From assembly GCA_965178125.1 (NCBI GenBank), contig OZ237753.1:496001-560000 (forward strand): a stretch of 64,000 bases of DNA. The letters are read 5' to 3'. Origin of the DNA: Bilabrum cf. latius. Lineage: Eukaryota. Under the pieces are notes generated by a model. The model was not told the origin of the DNA. It did no database searches and was given only the letters and a program-made list of their open reading frames with translations. A program made the translations under genes and the position numbers. Of the stretch, positions 61,601-64,000 are shown piece after piece; positions within the stretch are counted from its first letter, which is position 1; every line of letters starts with the position of its first letter.

Positions 61601-64000
61601 CTCTCTGGCCGCTGGCTATCTGCAGGATCTGACACAGCACGCACGGTTCCAGCCACAGCTGCCCAGCCATCTCGAAAGCTGGCTTCTCTTCGAGCCACTG
61701 CCCCATTCGCTGCATTCGATGTATCGAACGCCCGTGAGGATGTGGATGTACTGGGAGGCCGGGGTGCAGCCCACGATCTGTCCGCCAGTGCTTGGTTCCG
61801 TCGGTTGTCTCGAGGTGAGTCCTCGCTCGGAAGCGCCAGCTTGACCATCCCTGCCTTCGCGCTGCGGGTGCGGCACGGGTACTTGTTCGCAGTGAGGGCC
61901 ACCCCTGTGCTTGTGGGTGCAGATGGGGCTGTGTAGAATGTGCTGGGCTCTGGAGAGCAGCTGGCTGAGGGTTGGAGCCTGGTAGGTGTGGGTATTCGCA
62001 AATCTCAGCTGCGGCTGGGCGTGAGTGGCGGAGACAGGACGGTGTCATCTGAGCTGGGCTTCAGTATGGGCGCTGGGGCGGGGCGAGGTGCCAGCACCGG
62101 CGTGGATCCTGACTTCGATACTACTGGCACTGCGCTTGATCCTGGGTATGATGTGGGGAGATAGGTGCCCATTCAGGTGTACCAGTGGTCGTGCGTTGCC
62201 ACGCCGAGTGGAGGCACGACATAGACGGCCTGTCCCGAGCTGGTGCCGGGCAATGGCTAGCCCACGACTGTGGCTTCGATTCAGGTGTCGACTGCGACGG
62301 CTGCGTCGTTCGCAGGTCAGCGGCTGGTACTGTCGGTGAATGCATCATCAGGCTTGGTGACTCTGAACGAGACAGGCAGGCGAGAGCTGCACGCCACGAC
62401 TCGCATGCTGCAATCACAGGCATTGGTATCATCTATCGATGCAACGACTCTGGTCACGAGCCAGACCAGCAGTCGGGTCACGGTGGCACTGCCGGGTCTG
62501 CCCTCGGTCGAGGTGAACGCGTTACGGACGAGACTGACTCGGCTGTCGGCAGAAGGGGGCAACACGGTGGTATCGCCATCTGTGAGGACCGTGCTGGATG
62601 CAGTGGTGAATGGCATTGCCCCTCAGGATGCGAGAATCTCCGTGCAGGAAGAGGGCCTGACCCTGCTGTGGACGCAAGTGAGCGGGCCTGAGATTCCGGG
62701 GCTGCGACGGGTGAACTCGACTGTGGCAACTCCTGGCGGCAGTGCGATTCTGACGTCACCGACGGCCCGCAGCATGGTGCTGCGGGCGGGCGTGCTGCAG
62801 GTGGGAGCCACGTACACGTTCCATGTGGAGTCCTCGCTGGCATCTGTGAGTGCCGAGCTGTTGGAATCTGGAGACGTGACCGTGTCCGCCGATATCACCC
62901 TTGTTGTGAACACCCCACCGCGGCCGGGTCAGGTTGAGTTGAATGGCCTGGTGGGATCCAACCGGACCATCCCGCGCGCCTTGCTGGACACGGTGCGTGT
63001 ATCCACAGATGGATGGATCGATGCAACGGAAGACTTCCCGCTCGAGTTCTCCTTCTTTGTGGACACCCTGGGACTGGTGGGGTAGAGGGATGCTTCCACG
63101 GCTGTGGTGTCGCCTAGCGAGATCGCGTCCATCTTGTCTAGAGCTGGCGTGATTCCGCTGCGTGGCGCCGGGCTGGAGTCGCAGCTGTCCTCAGTGCTGC
63201 CTTCGGGTCCCACTGTCGCGGGACAGCCGCCTGTGAACATGACCATCATCGCCACTGCCAGGGACCCCTCAGGTGCGCTGGGCCTGGCTGCGACGCAGAT
63301 CCAGGTAGCCCCGGCGCTGGACGAGTCCGAGCTGAGGAACAGCAGCGTGGTGACGAGTGCAGCGACAGATCGGCTCAACGAGGCCATCAACAGCGCGGCA
63401 TCGAGCGACCCGGGCAAGGCGCTTGTGCTGGCCGGGGCATCTGCTGGGCTGCTGAACTCGCTGGACACGAATGACACGTCGGCACAAGAGGAGGCGTCTG
63501 GCATCCGGGATCAGGTGCTGGGGCTTGTGGCAACTGTGGCCGAGACTGTGGATGTCACGGGCGAGAACATGCAGCTGGCCGCAGAGACTGCATCCTCGGC
63601 GCTGTCCACTGCCAACGCCACGACCGAGCACCAGCTCGGATCAGCGCTGAACGCCACGGAGCTGCTGCTGACTCGCCGACTGCAGGAGGGCGACCCTGAT
63701 GAGCCCTTGGACGACGGGCCGGCAGGGTCGCTGCTGCAGTCGTTGCGCGTGGCGTCGAATGCGGGAGCATCGCTGGGCGGTGGTGAGGCAGTGACGGGCG
63801 GGGAGCGCATGTCAAACTCGTCAGGACTACTTGGTCAAGCAATGTTGCGTGGGTCGGTCCCAGGCGAGGAGCAGCGCGTGCTGACATCTGAGAGCGGGGA
63901 CGGCAGCGGGATCTCGCTTGAGATGGTGGCGGGCCGTCTGGACGTGCTCGGCCTGGACACCGCAAATGTGTCGGTGGTGGCGGGCGGGGCAGATGTGCTG
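52667..64000 (+). CDS. Giant intronless receptor, copy 2 (partial, runs off the window): 5 FG-GAP propeller modules and REJ-like region
   Basis: Tandem paralog of 32185-50916 in a single frame broken only by TAG (12 counted). ATG 52667 is followed by hydrophobic VLIFPWLLVLSSTIG. The region ~57200-64000 is highly similar to ~39260-45710. Confidence 0.88.
61201..61380 (+). repeat. Coding 36-bp tandem repeat, 5 x (G[L/F]DDPINGPxxx)
   Basis: The core GA(T/C)GA(T/C)CCCATCAATGG recurs every 36 bp. The paralog has a single unit at ~43060-43090. Confidence 0.9.

Noticed and set aside
4889-64000. Fragmented ORFs as pseudogenes
   Set aside because: There are no frameshifts, and every interruption is TAG. 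Many are shared between paralogs or align to Gln, and essential genes are affected too.
4889-64000. TAG as pyrrolysine, Leu, Tyr or Glu, or the UAR=Gln ciliate code
   Set aside because: In near-identical blocks TAG alternates with CAG/CAA. No internal TAA was seen, and TAA ends two genes.

Overview
This is eukaryotic, gene-dense, GC-rich protist-like genomic DNA with short GT-AG introns. The ORF track looks fragmented because this genome very likely reads TAG as glutamine, while TAA and TGA remain stops. Long reading frames are interrupted only by TAG, and in at least 13 paralog or repeat alignments a TAG sits opposite CAG/CAA. Under that code the window resolves into 12 genes. The first four are a Cys-type glutathione peroxidase, a secreted CX5R phosphatase-like protein, dephospho-CoA kinase and a conserved hypothetical protein. 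Next is a tail-to-tail inverted pair of ~2100-aa CHASE-type hybrid histidine kinases forming a ~12.9 kb imperfect palindrome. These are followed by NOP2/NSUN1, an inositol 5-phosphatase with C2 domain and CaaX box, an RNI-like LRR protein and a Rieske/FAD oxidoreductase (AIFM3-like). The last two are tandem giant intronless receptor genes; the complete one is ~6243 aa. They join arrays of integrin-alpha-like FG-GAP propeller modules to a polycystin-1-like back end (REJ-like region, GPS site and five TM helices in the complete copy), apparently without the TRP-like channel domain. Exon and intron coordinates and protein lengths were derived by hand from splice motifs and motif continuity; no database searches were run.
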